A stretch of 62,288 nucleotides of DNA, taken from Thelocarpon superellum (Eukaryota). This document shows, one piece after another, positions 28,151 through 41,952 of the stretch. How positions within the stretch are numbered: the first letter of the stretch is position 1; every line of letters begins with the position of its first letter. Below the pieces are notes generated by a model, which was given only the letters and a program-made list of their open reading frames with translations, was not told where the DNA came from and ran no database searches. The DNA lies in NCBI GenBank assembly GCA_026025795.1, contig JAPEUG010000062.1, positions 1 to 62,288 of the forward strand, given 5' to 3'. A program made the translations under genes and the position numbers.

Positions 28151-29792
28151 TCACGGGAAATGAACCTTGAACCCTCCCGGGAACCCTCCCTGCCCTCCAC
28201 CTCCTCCCCCACCACCCTGCTGGAAGAAGAACTGCTGACCACCGGCCCCACCAGGCCAACTCCCTCCAAACGGACTACCCTGGAAGGGACTGCCCTGGTG
28301 TTCCTGCGAATTGGGATCGTCGCCGTTATCGAAGCGCGCGCGCAGCTCCGGGTCGCTGAGCACCTCGTACGCTTCGTTGATGGACGACATTTTCTTCTCC
28401 GCTGCTTCTTTGCCAACGCCCCGAGACTGCGCCTTGTCCGGGTGGTGCTCCTTTGTTAATTTGCGGTAGGCCCGCTTGATCGTGCGTGCGTCGGCATCGG
28501 ACGACACGCCGAGCACGCCGTAGTAGTCCTTTTGCTTGGACTTTTTGAGCCCCACGTGCGCTTTCTGGAGGAGCGGGTTGATCGTCCCGCTCGCGTGCGG
28601 GTGCGCTTCGGATGCTTTTTGGAGCGTGCCGATGGCGCCGTCGAAGTCGGATGCGTCTAATTGACTCCGTGCTCGTGAGAGCAATCCCGCGAGCGACGTC
28701 GGGTTGTGAGTAAGTGCCTCGTCGCAGTATGGTGCTGCTTTCCTGTGGCTGTTCATCTACAGAGGGTGTTAGGTCGTTCGAATCACAAGCATAGCGAGGG
28801 AAGTGTACCTCGGCATATGCTTGGCAAGTCAACTCCACAAGCGTGCTCAGAAGGTCTTCGGGCGCTTTGGGCGGAATCGTGCCGGCCTCTCGAAGCGCTT
28901 GCACGTCCGCTCGCACTTCCTTGATCAATCCGATATCCTCTCCAGCTCCCACCAGCATCTTCGCCACGCTGCTGAATTGTCGCTTCTCCATCGCTTGCTT
29001 CACTTTGCCGTACTGCTTGTCCAACGTCTTCTCTCGCCGGAACAGCTTGCTGCACGGCTTCGAGTCGGGGTCGGAGTGCAGGCACCGCCGAATCTGCGCG
29101 AGGCCCCGGTCCGTATCTCCCAGCGAATAGAACAGCATCGACGAGATCTGCACGTGGGGTTCCAGCAGTCCGGGCGCGATCTGTAGCACGTGGGCCAGGT
29201 CGTTGATGCCCTCCTGCACCTCGCCGCGCTCAAACCGACATCGTGCCCGTCGTTGTCGAAGGCCGAGCGCCGTCGTCGCCGTCATGATGGCCACGCCCGT
29301 CTGACTGACACAGCCCTCCCAGTCTCCCTTCCGTTCCGCGTCCTCGGCCAAGGCCGCCGCGCCTTGTGCCTCGTCCAAGTCAGCTACCTCCGGTCCGCCA
29401 CTCTTGCCCGCCGCCAAGTAGTCTTGCTTGGCCGCGTCCCAGTCGCCATTCTTGCTCTTGATCTTCGCCCGCTGCAATAGCGCCCCCTCAAAGTCTGGCT
29501 TGATCGCCAGCACCTTGTCAAAGTCCTCCGAGGCTTGAGTGTTGCGCCCGAGGGAGAGATGGGTCGCCCCGCGTTTGAAGAGAGTGAGGTAGTTTCGGGG
29601 GTCACGGGCAATGGCGGCGTCAAAGTAGGTGAGGGCGTCGTTGAAATCCCCTTTGGCCAGGTGCGCGTTGGCCGAGGAGACCAAGGACGAGACCGGAGTG
29701 TCGGCGGGGAGGTCCGAGGGAGAGATGGCGAGAGCCAAGGGAGCGGAGAAAAGGGCGGCCGTCAGCACCAAACGTGATGATCGGATTATCAT
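28151..29792 (-). CDS. JEM1: ER-luminal TPR + DnaJ co-chaperone (P58IPK/DNAJC3, Jem1-like); 2 exons
   Basis: Signal peptide, multiple TPR repeats, C-terminal J domain KDYYGVLGV..IKRAYRKL..HHPDK..INEAYEVLSD. Confidence 0.92.
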
Positions 29793-30153
29793 CTTGGCTA
29801 TCGTGCGTCGTACTGCTGGGTGAGTACGGCCGGTGGTGGTGGGGAGGCAGGAATGAGGGCGTACAGGAACGTATGCAATGGTCAATCTGTCACTTCGACA
29901 CTTGGCAACGCCGCCGGAAGTCGCCTAGTCAGGTCCGATCGGCAGTCGAGTCGATGGTACGAGTACGGGCGTTCGGGCATCCTGGCACCTTTCGCCTACC
30001 GTACTGGTCCTGCACTCACGACCACGCCGCGTACGGCCTCCCACTTGTGTTCAGGTCCCTCCCCCCACTCACCCTCTGACACGCTCAGGCTATGATGAAC
30101 CATGGATGGTCACTAACAGCTATGCAATCCATCTACCCCTCCATGAATCTGCA

Positions 30154-31206
30154 ATGACCACAGAGCCCTCCCTCTCTCCCGGCGCCCTCTTTTCGCCCTC
30201 CAAGGCTCGTCAAGAGCTCACCCAAGCCAGAGAATGGAGCTATGTCGATGCGTGGCTCAAGACCACGTGCCAGGGCAAGCTCCTCCCGAGCTTTGAACGA
30301 AACGAGACGACGTTGAAAGCTCTACTGGCACTGGCCGCGTTCAACGAACGGAGGGACGAGGAGAGGGAGCTGGTGGGCCAAGTGGAGGATAAAGCGTTAC
30401 AGGAGCTACGAGACGCTGTGAGGATGACCAGCCGCGCGGGGCGGCATGATCTGATATGAGGGTGGAACCCAGGCACAGAGTGATCCTGATGCGGACATGC
30501 TACGCGCAATAGACGACAACCTCACTCCAATGGGCCGTGGGAGCTTGGATTCGATGGCTGCCCTCTCGGTAGCCCTGGGGACCACGTCCACAGACCCAAT
30601 TGAGTCCGTCACTGTGCCGTAGTCAGGGTCATAGCTCTCGCTGAAATGCCTCCAGAATGGCAGCAGGTGTGATGGATCTTACGACGACGGAGTTCTCCCT
30701 GGAGCAACAGGCTAGTCGGATCACTGCCCTGCAACAGTCCCTCGAGGCAGAGCACGTACGACTGCAGAAGCTCCTAAATGAGCTGAACAGGTAGCTCCAT
30801 TCACCGCGCTCCATCCTCTTCAGCCACGACTAACCCCCACAGTCCCGCCCTCACGACGCCAGCGTCCCTCACACAAAAGACGACGGAGTACACCAACGCC
30901 ACCAAGCACATCACGGCCAAACGGCAAGAATACCGCGAACGCATCAGCAACCTCGCCAGTACCTGGTCCGCGGGACAAGTCTCCATCCCACAGGTCATCG
31001 CCGCCGAAGAGGAGGTACGACGCTTGCAGAAGAGTCTGCGAGAGATTGAGGGAAAAGTTCAGGCATTTCATGGCCTGCCCCCCTCGCGGACCCTGGCGTT
31101 GCAGGAGATCGAGCGTATGGGTCGTGAGGTGGAGCGGTTGAGGCAAAGGAGAGATGGCTTGTTTGAGGGCCTGGTCGAGGATGACACGGAGGCCCCGCGC
31201 CAGTGA
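30154..31206 (+). CDS. HAUS1: Augmin (HAUS) complex subunit 1-like coiled-coil protein; multi-exon
   Basis: FSPSKARQ..WSYVDAWL..PSFERNETTLKALLALAAFNE N-terminus and FHGLPP..LA..EIE C-terminus. Confidence 0.75.
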
Positions 31207-31409
31207 TGCGTGAAGAGGACTTCATCGCACCATTCACGCGTTGAGATCGTAATTGGACTCCTAACGACAGCAAGATTTCGGCAGAGCGTGACGGTGCAGA
31301 ACGCTAAACAGGCTGCACAAGATGCTGCGCCATCCGTAATGACCCCATCGCCCCATCGCCAACCTCAACGCCTCGCTTCGCCAGGTCGTGAAGACAATTC
31401 CTCCTGCCC

Positions 31410-33190
31410 TCAGGTCATGCCATTGCCCCTGCTAGGTACCCTCTTCACACCCTCCCCCGTCCCCGCCGTGCTCTCATGTAGTCGGGACTTGGTCAGCACC
31501 CCCGGTCGTTCCTTCATTGCCGCCACCTCCGTCACACTGACGCTACTCTCCGTCGCCGGAGCGGCGAGACTGATTCCCAACGCACCCTTGGCGGGGTTTC
31601 CATCAACACCCGGATCGGGTGCGAGCCACGGCACCCGGAGGCAGCGCTCCACCAGCCGAAGAGTCGTCTCGTCCACAGGGGCGAAATGGGCGCTGCGCAC
31701 GTGGCTGAGCATGTAGAGGAGCCGGAGGATCTCCTGACGCTTGTAGTGTGGCGCGTGCTGCAGTTGCGTGTGCGAAAGCAGAGGGTACAAGACGCGCAGG
31801 TAGGTGTGCCGCAGCGCGGCCACGTCGTCCGGCAGATCCAGCAGGTTCCGAATCATCACGTCTACCAGGACGCGGAGGTCGTTGGTGTAGAAGTACTCGT
31901 ACGTCTGCCGCGTCGTGAACAGGAGGTAGAGCAGTTTCAGGATCAGGAGCTGGAGAGAAGTCTCGCCTGCAAAAGGCACTGATTAGAAGCGTGCCTCACT
32001 GCGAGAGATGTGCCGCCTCACTCTCGCGGTTCAAGAGGAGAATGATATTCTCGCCAAACGTCTTGTACGCCGCACCATGCAGAGTCAGCACCTTGATGAC
32101 TTTGTTCGTGAGCGCTTCCCTTGGCAACGCTTGATCGGGGCCGGGATCGTGCGCCGACACCATGTATTGCTCATTCAGCACCAGCTGCCTTCCATCAGCT
32201 CTCCTGCACAAGCACCCCACGGCCGGTTACGACGTACCAGCACGCGGATCACAGGATAATGGTACGGGTCGTCGACATCATCCGAGAGCTCTTCGATGAT
32301 CTGGAACAGATAGGAGACAAAGTCTTCATCGATGAGCCCTAGACCAGCGAGATCTCGATCAGATTTCGGTGTCTTGAGGAAAACGGAGGCTGACCCACTC
32401 AAATCCTCCAGCCGTAGACGCTGGATCCGAGACATCTCGTACAACAGCTCGAGTAAACGCCGGTGCAATGCGCCGTCCACATCCGGTCGCTTCTGGATGA
32501 GCTCGAGCAAACGTGGCAGCGCGCCCTCGAGGTTCATCATCTCATAAGTTCGCTCGCTCTGTCGGCCGTCGAACAATAGGAAGGACGTGATGAGGTGGAG
32601 CGCGTCGCTGCTATCTTCCTGTGCGAAAGCGCGCGATCGAGTTGAGCAGGAGCATCATCGGGAGAAGAGCGGAGAACCCTCAAGGAGAGGGAAGAGAAGG
32701 AGGGCCGGTCGAGGAGGGAGGAGGGAGGAGGGAGCAACATACTTGGAGGAGACAGTAGATGAACTGCCGACGCACATAGTCCTCGTGGGCGACAAACAGC
32801 TTGGACTGGAGCAGCTTGTCGGAGCAGCGTGCCATATCATACTCGGAGGTGAGGTACTCCTCTGTGAGCAGCGACAGACGGCCCAGATCAGCCTCCTCGA
32901 CGCCGATGTGGTGGGGCGGGGCGATGCAGGCCCACACGGCGGGGCACCGCGGTCTGGATCCGACGTACCTCGATAGTTCGAGGTGAAGTGGAGGTAGGAT
33001 CGCAAGGCATTATCGATGAGGGCGTGTGACGGGCAGGTTGCAGAGACAATGTCATCGAGCTCTACGGCGCGGGGACATGAGTAAAAGACCCAGAGGAGGA
33101 GGTCACGTTGAGCCGGACATGGTGAACCGGAGACTCACCGGCCCAGAATTGCTGTTCATTCTCCAGAGAATACGACACCTCGAATTCCAT
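31410..33190 (-). CDS. LDB17: SPIN90/Dip1/Ldb17 family Arp2/3 activator; multi-exon
   Basis: [54 protein letters not shown] and [13 protein letters not shown] motifs. Confidence 0.88.
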
Positions 33191-33648
33191 CGCATGCACC
33201 CGAGTGGCCGGCGGCCGTTGCGGACGAGTGTGCAGGATGATGAGCGCTATCGTGCGGCCATGATATTCCAGGGTGCGCGGGTGGTCGATCAACACCAGGC
33301 ACGTGGAGAGGTGGTCATGGACTACATGGTCGCCCTTGTCCAGGTCATCCGAGCCTCGCGCATTCCCGTCCCGCCCCGCTCTCGTCCTCCCCCGGTACTA
33401 TGTCTACGCTGTCTGACCCATCCTCACCATTCACACAGGTCTCCAACTTGACCACGACAACGTTATTGCTTGTTACGTCTAGGACTGAGTGTATCAAAAG
33501 GATACACTCCATCGAGGGTATGGACGTCAAACGCCCGCGGTCGCTCCTAACGAATAGATGAACGAGGAAAGCATTTGCCACTGGATCTGCCGTCGAGGAC
33601 CACCCGAGATCGCGACAAACCGGTGTGGTCCTGTCCACATGTTCCATC

Positions 33649-36199
33649 TTAGATCACAGGCGTCGGCGGGAATTCGCCGGGGACGTGCATGGCCTTGTCG
33701 CCCGCCGCTGCGGGTGATGCACCGGACGTGGGCGCGGCGGAGAAGTAGGTCGGCTTGGAAGCCGCATCGGCCAAGGATTTTGCCTGTTCGGCCGAGATAT
33801 TCACGCCGCCCGTGCCCATGCTCGTGCCGTTGCCTTCGTCCAAGGTGTGGTCAATGGTCGTGGGCAGGGTGCTCGCGCTCTCGACTTGGCTCGTCGTGCT
33901 CATCGTCGTCTCCCGCGGTCGAGTGGAGCCGGCGCTCCAGAGGGTGCCCTCGTCATCCGGGCTGCGTGGAGCCGGCGTGCCACTGCCCATTTCTTGCGCG
34001 TCTCCGGCTGCTTGACTCTCGCTGCCCACGCCACCAGACCTAGGGGCCGTCCTGGCACCCACGGGACCCATCCAGTCCCCATAGACACTGTCGTGCTTCT
34101 GTGCAGTGGGGCGCCCTTCGGCAGGCTCGTTACGATGCGACCGAGCCCGGACGGGAGCCTGTTGCACTAGCGACGGACTCTCGACCCCACCGACGCCGGA
34201 GTCGATGGTCGCGTCCAGGCTCGGTCGGTCCAGGGCGTCGCCAGGGGCTTGCGCCGGTGACCCGACGGCAGGAACGTTGCGAGCGCGATCACGATCCGAG
34301 TCGTCTGAAGACACGGAGAGCGGTGCGTGTAAGCCGCGGTTGACTTGTAGATCGCTCGGGAAGCGCCCACCTGGTGAGGGACGGGGTGGTGGTGCCGGCT
34401 CCGCCGCTTGGTTGACGGACGATGTGTTGGCCGAATAGGGCACTTGGTCGGCCTCGTCCTCCTCGAGCGCCCCGTCGCTGCTGATGGACCCCGCCCGATG
34501 GCTGCCATTGCTGGAGGTCCGAGCATGTTGCCGCACAAAGGCATTGCGTTCCGCGCCCGTCTTGGACGTAAGATTCATCAGGTCCTCGTACCACGCAAGC
34601 ATGGTGTCGTGAGACTCGGCGCGGAAGACCCACGAATGCCCACGGTGCATCGTGCCGGTCTGCCGACCCTTTAGCATGAACTTGTGTGAGGACGAGTCCG
34701 GCTGCGAGTGCGTGCCGAGCTTCTGTTCCGGGAGATAGAGCGACATCACGGGCGTTTGTGAATGGATGCGATCGGCCGACTTGAATTCGTGGAGATGCGT
34801 GGCCGTGAGCACATACCTGGGGCACAAATCAGCACGTCACTCGCGGACGGGATCTAGCGGGCACAGGTGGGCCAGCACGCACCACCCGGGGGTATAGCTC
34901 TTCAAATATTTGCTCTTGCGCTCCAGCATCCCCGCTCGCACCTCGGCGGCTAGGAGGTGGGTGCGGCCAGGATAGTGGACGGATTGCACGTCACGCAGTG
35001 GAATGCGCGGATCGATGAAGCGTTCATCTTGCTCGACGAAAGAGGTCCATTCAAAATCCTTCGGCATAGCGATAGGTCCGCTTCGCAGGCGGTCCACGGC
35101 TTCATAGGTCTCGTCCGCCTCACGCTTGAGGATGCCGGCGTAGGCGTTGTATGCCTTCTGGATCTCGCCCACGATGATCGAATCCAGCTCACGTCCCGAG
35201 CTCTCCAGGTTCAAAAAGGCCTGCGATGACGTGTTAGCGATGCACCCGTCGGCCATCGGAGCTTCGTCGCCGCGGCTTACCCGATGTAAATAGTTCTCCT
35301 CATCAATCTGTCGCTCGACTTGCTTCTCCACGGCCAGCTTCACAATGAACGGGTCACCTTTGCCCGCGGCGGCGCTAGGATCCGACTCGGCAAGGTCGAG
35401 TGTGTCCTTGAGGGACTGGATCGCTCGTCGAGTGATCTCCATCTCCTTCTGGACGGAGTTTTTGAAATCACCCGACAGGCCCTTGATCTCTTTGATCTTC
35501 TGGCTAAGGTCCGCGCGCAGACCCGTCAACTGATTGATCACACCCGTCTCCATCTCCTTCGCCTTGTTGCCCTCGGCGAAGGCTTTGCGATGGTAGTCGC
35601 GCAGGATATGGGTGGCCTCATTGATGCCGCCTTCGGAGACAAACGTAGTTGGCAGGGTGATGTTATTGATGATGTTGGTGACTTTCAGTAGTGCCTTGGA
35701 ACGCTGCTCGTATGACGTCTGGACCTCGCGGAAGTAGGTCACCAGGTCTTTAAGCACCTTCCGCCAGCCTGGTCACCGTCGTCAGTTGCCATCCAGCGCG
35801 CTCAGCGATTCGCATAGTCGTACCTTGAAATCGATCGGCCAGGATCTCCGTCGGGCTTCCGCTGGTAGGAACAGGGGTGTAGAGGGCGCTGTACATCTCG
35901 TCTTCGTCGCCGGTAGTATTGTCGCCCATGCGCAAGCTCCTCATGCTGCCCGTGAAGCTATTTCTTCGGCTCCCGGATCGTTTCAAGCTCCCCTTTCGAC
36001 TCAGCGACGCTTTCTTCTTCAACGTGCCTCCCCTAGATGGGAGGAGCACATTCGAGACGGATCGGTTAGATAGCGCACGGGTCAAAGACGCTCCAGTTCC
36101 ATCACCGCCAGGATTGGGATGACCTGGGCCGTCGAGATCTTCAGAAAACTGAGACTGGTGAGGCGTGATATCAGCCCGCGGGGCGTGGGTCGCTGCCAT
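33649..36199 (-). CDS. Slm1-like BAR-PH domain protein; multi-exon
   Basis: PTEILADRFQ/AWRKVLKDL, IKGLSGDFKN, GMLERKSKYLKSYTPGW/YVLT..HLHEFKS, WVFRAESHDTMLAWYEDL. Confidence 0.88.
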
Positions 36200-37380
36200 G
36201 GTGGTGACGGTAAGTGATGGGGTGGATAATGCGACAAAGGCAATGGCCCTGCTCGCGGCGTGGTGGGACAATCCAATCAAGTACCGCTCAGCAAACCTAG
36301 CGTTGGCCGAGCCACGGATGGCATGGGAGGATGATCGATCAAAGGTGACTTGGCTGACGCGGGGTGAAATCGAACGATCAGGTAGGCAAGCAACTTTTAT
36401 ACCGTATCACCAACAGGCGGGCGGTTGCATCTAGGGTAATGAGGAGTGGAGGAGCGTTATCGCCGTCGCCGCTCGACCGTCGGGGCACAGGTGATGACGT
36501 TGTGGGGTGAGGTGCTCCCCAATGTTGGCACCAGGAATCGGTAAGCGCGCGTCGATCCACGCACCGCCCGTTCGCTTCGGCCAATCGTATCGAGACCGCC
36601 CGGCAGCCCACGACAGACAAGTCGGTCGCATTCGTACCGGGCCCCTCACGCGCGCCCTCCGCCTCTCCGGGTAGAGAAGGAGACTTGTACCACAAGAAGT
36701 TGAATAAAAGTGGCTGGAATATTGACTTCTAGAGCTCCTTCGACCGAAAAGGAGTCGGCGAAAGTCACGCTGCCGCATCATGGCAGCTTGCCTTCTTCTT
36801 TGGGCTGAATGAGCATCAGTCCAGCAAGCGACACTGGTACCCAATCGCCTGTGCCCAAAAGAGTTCGTGGCCGCACGAGTGGCATTGTTCGCCGCAGCCT
36901 GGGCTCCACACAATACGAATACGAGTGATTACTCACACTGTAAATCATCCGCGGAGTTCCTGAAAATACGAAGTACGAAGCTGCCAAGCCTTGCGGTCAG
37001 GTGTGGAGAAGGGCCATCCGCAATCAGAGCGTGGCTTACTGATTACTGGGGAGGCCTGTGAACAATGGCGGGCCAGTGGTCCAGTATCTCGAACATAGAA
37101 GCCGTAGCAACTGATTTCCATCTGAGGATCTCACTTCGTGGTGGATGTTGTGACTCAGACTCACGGTCAATGCTCCCAGCATCTTGAGTGGCGGAAAGGT
37201 GTAAGTAGCCCTTCTAGCAAGGCGCCTGCACGTTCTGCGGCGGGCGCCTGGGAGGATGAATTTGGTGATCGGCCTTATGTAAGCACGCGGCACCGGCGAA
37301 AAGCGGCACTTGGTGAATTCCGTCAATTGCGATGGTGGAATGAGAAACCATCTCCATCATTCAATTCCATCGATCCCAAC

Positions 37381-38326
37381 ATGTCTTTCCGGGGCAATGC
37401 GCGAGGACGCGGCGGAGGATTTGCGCGAGGACGTGGTGGTGATAGTTTTGGCAGTCGGGGTCGAGGTTTGCATATCCAGGCACGGACCGGATAAGGAAGA
37501 TGCACGTACTGACGGGGAGTGATGCTCAGGACGGGGAGGCTTCCAATCCTCGTACGGCCCTCCGGCCTCTATCTTAGGTACGGCCCCATCAAGTGCCCTG
37601 GTGTGACTTAAAAGGGCTAATGTTGGAGCAGAGATGGGCTCGTTCGTCCATGCGTGTGAAGGCGAGATGGTGTGCGAATCTATCAATCCCAAGATTCCTC
37701 ATTTTGGGGCGCCCATGTTCCTCGAGAACAAGGTCAGTGCACTCCAGGCTTGCTCGATGCCTACCCGTCCTCGCCGCTCATCCTGCCTAGACGACCATTG
37801 GAAGGGTTGAGGAAGTGCTGGGCCCGATCAACCAAGTCTACTTTACGATTAAACCGCAAGAGGGTATCGTCGCAACGTCCTTCAAATCGGGTGACAAGTT
37901 CTACATTGCCAGCGAGAAGCTTCTACCGTTAGATCGGTAAGCATCCCTTCGTCTGGATCTGATTGGAGTCGCTGCTAATTGACATGGGACACAGGTTCCT
38001 GCCGAAGCCCAAGCCACCTCCAGGTACACGATGCCTCAATATCACGATGCATGCTAAGTGCTTAGCTGACATATCACACAGGAACTCCAAAACCAAAACG
38101 AGCGGGGGGAGCGGGACGGGGTGCGCCCGCGCGTGGAGGACGAGGCTTCGGTCGGGGAGCTCCTCGAGGACGGGGCGGGGGTTTCGCTCGGGGAGGGGGA
38201 GGATTCACGAGAGGAGGCAGTGGTGGACGAGGAGCCCCTCGAGGTGGAGGTTTTTCGTCCAGTCGAGGCGGATCTCGGGGCGGAAGTTTCTCACGGGGTG
38301 GTGGATTCGGTCGTGGTCGCGGTTAA
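37381..38326 (+). CDS. GAR1: H/ACA snoRNP protein Gar1; multi-exon
   Basis: RGG-rich ends flanking [43 protein letters not shown] and KLLPLDRFLPKP. Confidence 0.94.
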
Positions 38327-38940
38327 GTACTTGAGATCCAGTCTATGTATTATGTCCCATCGGTCCCGGTTCGTGCTCGTTCACCGTAGATTCCGAGAAA
38401 GGATATCTTCTTGGGGACCCAAAAACAGTCGACGCTCGTTTGCATCGAGTTGCGCGTGGGCGCGAGTAGCTGCAGGCCTCGTGCTGGCTCTAGTTCATCA
38501 GGTGCGAGATGCACACCACAGGCCGAGGTCGGATGACGTGCGAAGCTTGACCGAATCTTCGAGCCGGAGCTGCGCCAATACCAAGGCAAAGCCGAAGCTC
38601 CAGAACTCTAGAAACTTGATCGTTCCCTGGGTCAACTCCGCTATTTGTCGATTTACGTATCCCCTTGGCCTACCTGCAATCCCAGGCAAGCCGTACCTTG
38701 TGATCGTACGTGACCCTGGCCGTCCCCTCGCACTCGCCCACCTAGCTGGCCCTGCTTCTTGTGGATCGCTTCAGTTGCCCACCAGTCTCACCACCTACCG
38801 CCTACCCCACTCAACACTCTTCCGCTTATCCACGTTTCGACACCACCGCACTTCAATACATCCCTCCGTACCGCAAACAAATCGATCCAACGCGATTCGG
38901 CTTTCTCTATCCCCTTCCATCAGGCCTCACAACCGTGGAT

Positions 38941-39904
38941 ATGGCACGCACTGCCGCCGCGGCACGTAGATCGGCCACAGCGGACGAGGACGCGACACCG
39001 GAGGTGCACAATGGCGGTCAGTGAGATCCAGATCTAGCTCTCCCCATCGCTCTGACGTCCTGGCCAGCGCAAGAAAAACAAAAGATGCTACTGTCCTCGG
39101 ACACCGGACACTTTTCCATGATCAAGTACAGCCCACGTCGTCCCATGTGAACTCCGACGTAGCTCACAAGTTCCTCCCAGAGCTCTCCACCTGGCTGATC
39201 TCATCACCGAGCTGAACGGTGCGTGACGGAAGGATGTCTTCTTGCCTTGAGAACTCGCTCACCCCTCCCACGATACCTAGGCTTCTGCGGCGTCATGTCC
39301 ATCTTCTCCTCGATGCGATATTGTCTTGGCGATGCTTCCGATACCGGCAATCTCTGGGCCGCGCTCGCATTCATGCCTTTCGGGCTCTTCTTCGATTTCA
39401 TGGACGGAAAGGTGGCACGATGGCGCGGCAAGTCGTCGCTTATGGGGCAAGAGCTCGATTCGCTCGCTGATCTCGTACGTGGACGGCCTTCTCACCCTGC
39501 GTTTCTTGAGTTCCACGCTTACTCCGGGTGCGCAGATTTCGTTCGGCGTGGCGCCAGCTGCTGCTGCCTTTGCCGTTGGACTGCGCACGCCGCTTGACCA
39601 CCTCCTCCTGACTTTCTTCGTGCTGTGTGGGCTCACCCGTCTGGCACGCTTCAACGTCACCGTCGCCGCGCTTCCCAAAGACAAGACGGGCAAGTCCCAG
39701 TATTTCGAAGGCACGCCGATACCCACAACGTTATCCATTGCGGCCGCCATGGCCTACTGGGTGCAGCAGGGCTGGGTACTCGACGACCTACCGCTGGGCG
39801 TCTGGGCGCAGGGCACCTGGGCAGAATTCCATCCCATCGTCGGTGTCTTTCTCATATCCGGCTGCTTGATGATCAGCAAGACCCTTCATATTCCCAAGCC
39901 TTAG
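38941..39904 (+). CDS. CHO1: CDP-diacylglycerol--serine O-phosphatidyltransferase; multi-exon
   Basis: [24 protein letters not shown]-alcohol motif [35 protein letters not shown], ends IPKP*. Start codon inferred. Confidence 0.93.
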
Positions 39905-40855
39905 AGGGAGCGAACTCGAGTTCTGGCGGAAATGAAATACCGTTATTTGGGAATGTATGCGTATATCCCTTGACGAACTTCGTAGGTGGTCATTGAGAAT
40001 CGAGACAGAGCCCGCCACTCCTTATCATAGTCATGGTTGCAGAAGGTCCTCTATAGTGACTTTTCTAACTGCGGGGCGCTCCGAAGACGTTTCCCAACTT
40101 GCCATATCTCGGGAGGGCTCCTGTGAAGTGAAGTTGCACATGTCAGCTACGCATCCGTCCACGCATCTACGCACATGCCTCGACCGCAAAGGCAGCAAGA
40201 AGCAGTAATCCAGCATGAACACGCCAGGTCGTGGAGTCCGACCCACGGCCGTGGCCATGCTAATGCCTATGCCCCTAATTTCCGATTACTGAAGGTGGGT
40301 GAAGGGGCAAACGGTCATTGTTTGGGAGGAGTGGCAGCGTCTACATTGCTTGCTCTGCTTGTACCCTGTTTCTGGTCCTCCTCTACCTGGTCTTTTCAAA
40401 GGACAGGCTCTGGTATTTCTATCCTTCTTCTGCCGATAGGCTTGCTTTTGCTTGTAGCACCTATCTTATTGTCGTTGGCTTGATTTCGTGCTACAGGTCA
40501 TTTCGCACACAGATATTATCAATCCGGTTTTTGGAAGTCTGCCCCTGTTTCGCTTCTTAGGATATTCCAACACACTTCTTGGGAGGAGGGAATCTGATCG
40601 GAGAAACACGTCACCCGGGTTCGACACACGCCTCCGGGTCGACATGATCTCGACGTAGAATGTTGGCATCCCGGTCTCTTGAAGCAGATTCAGTACTCGA
40701 GCTTCTTCACCCAATAGCGTTATGCGGTACGCAGTAGTACTTGAGAATCTTTCTGAGGCCACGGGGATGGGCGATTGGCTAGAATTTCAATCAATTTGCT
40801 TGCCAACTCCTGTTGCCGTTGACGATGCACATGTCGAGATTTGGATGAGCAGAAC

Positions 40856-41952
40856 TCACATCGCATCAATCGCGCTGCGAGGCGATTCATCTCCATTCCA
40901 ACGCAGTACTAGCATGCGTAATATCCCGTCGATTGTAGCTTCGAGATGTTCACCCAGATCGGGTAACCCTTCGTATACTTTCAATATCACGGTCACCCTT
41001 AACGTTCGGCCAGGTTTAACGATCAACTTCCAAGGCTCACGCATATCAATGCGCCTCCCAGTGCGCGAGTCGTCAAGGATGAATTCGCCTCGTTTGATCT
41101 TGTAGTCACTTTCATCTTTGAAGCGGACCTTGAGGACTGCGAGAAAAGCCTCGGCCGAGTCGATAAAGTCGAGATGGAAGGCTGACACTCGATTGAATGC
41201 ATCCTCGAAGGTAACAGGCTGTTGCAGTAGGACCTAGGGCGGAATCTCTTGCTGAACTTGAAGCATGCCTTGCATTTGCCGCATGCTCTGAGTGAGAGCC
41301 GCCATAATCTGGGTCTGCTGCTCGGCTACACTGCTAAGAAGCTGATTGTTCTCGGCGACGCCGCTGTCCATTCGTGCCACAACTGGCTGTTGCTCCAGTA
41401 GGAGTTCCTGGATAGCATCTTGCTCTTTGCCAATTGAGGTGGTATTGCTCCTGCGGTCCCATTAGCCATACGACCATCCACAGACAGCCCCCGTGGTTTC
41501 GACCGTCCACGATAGAGACGAGTCAACCCACGTTCGGACCGCAGAGAGCTGCAGGAGGATGCTGGAGGTATGCCGCTCGAGCTGGGCCCGGAACCGAGCA
41601 ACATCGCCATCCTTGCAGCGGCCCCACTGGATCCGCCTCAGGTGAGCCTTCCATCCACCCGTGCTCGAGTTGAGCGCAGGAAGCAATCTGTCAAGGGACC
41701 GGAGAAAGGCGTCGATGCAGTCCTGACATTGTCTGGCAGCATTTTCGATGGCGAGAGGTTATAGGTGTCCGCGGTCCGAATCATTGAGCTGCTTTACTGC
41801 GATAAGAGCGCGCTCTCGACTCTGAAGCTCGTCGATAGCTCGCGGTAGGCAGCCGAGGCGCGGCCGCTCTCCTGGAGAGCTTCGATTAGATTACCGACAT
41901 AGATCATGCCCGTGCGGATGTCACCGATCGACAAGCCGAGGCCGGCCGACAT
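40856..41952 (-). pseudogene. Pseudogene: HeLo-like/NLR-type fungal N-terminal domain fused to a ubiquitin-like domain
   Basis: MSAGLGLSIGD..LIEALQESG..YREL, RRIQW..VARFRAQL, then IPP*VLLQQPVTFEDAFNR..FHLDFIDS..IKRGEFIL..PW..IVKPG; frameshift near 41836, stops at 41759-41761 and 41234-41236; may extend toward ~40.5 kb. Confidence 0.75.
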
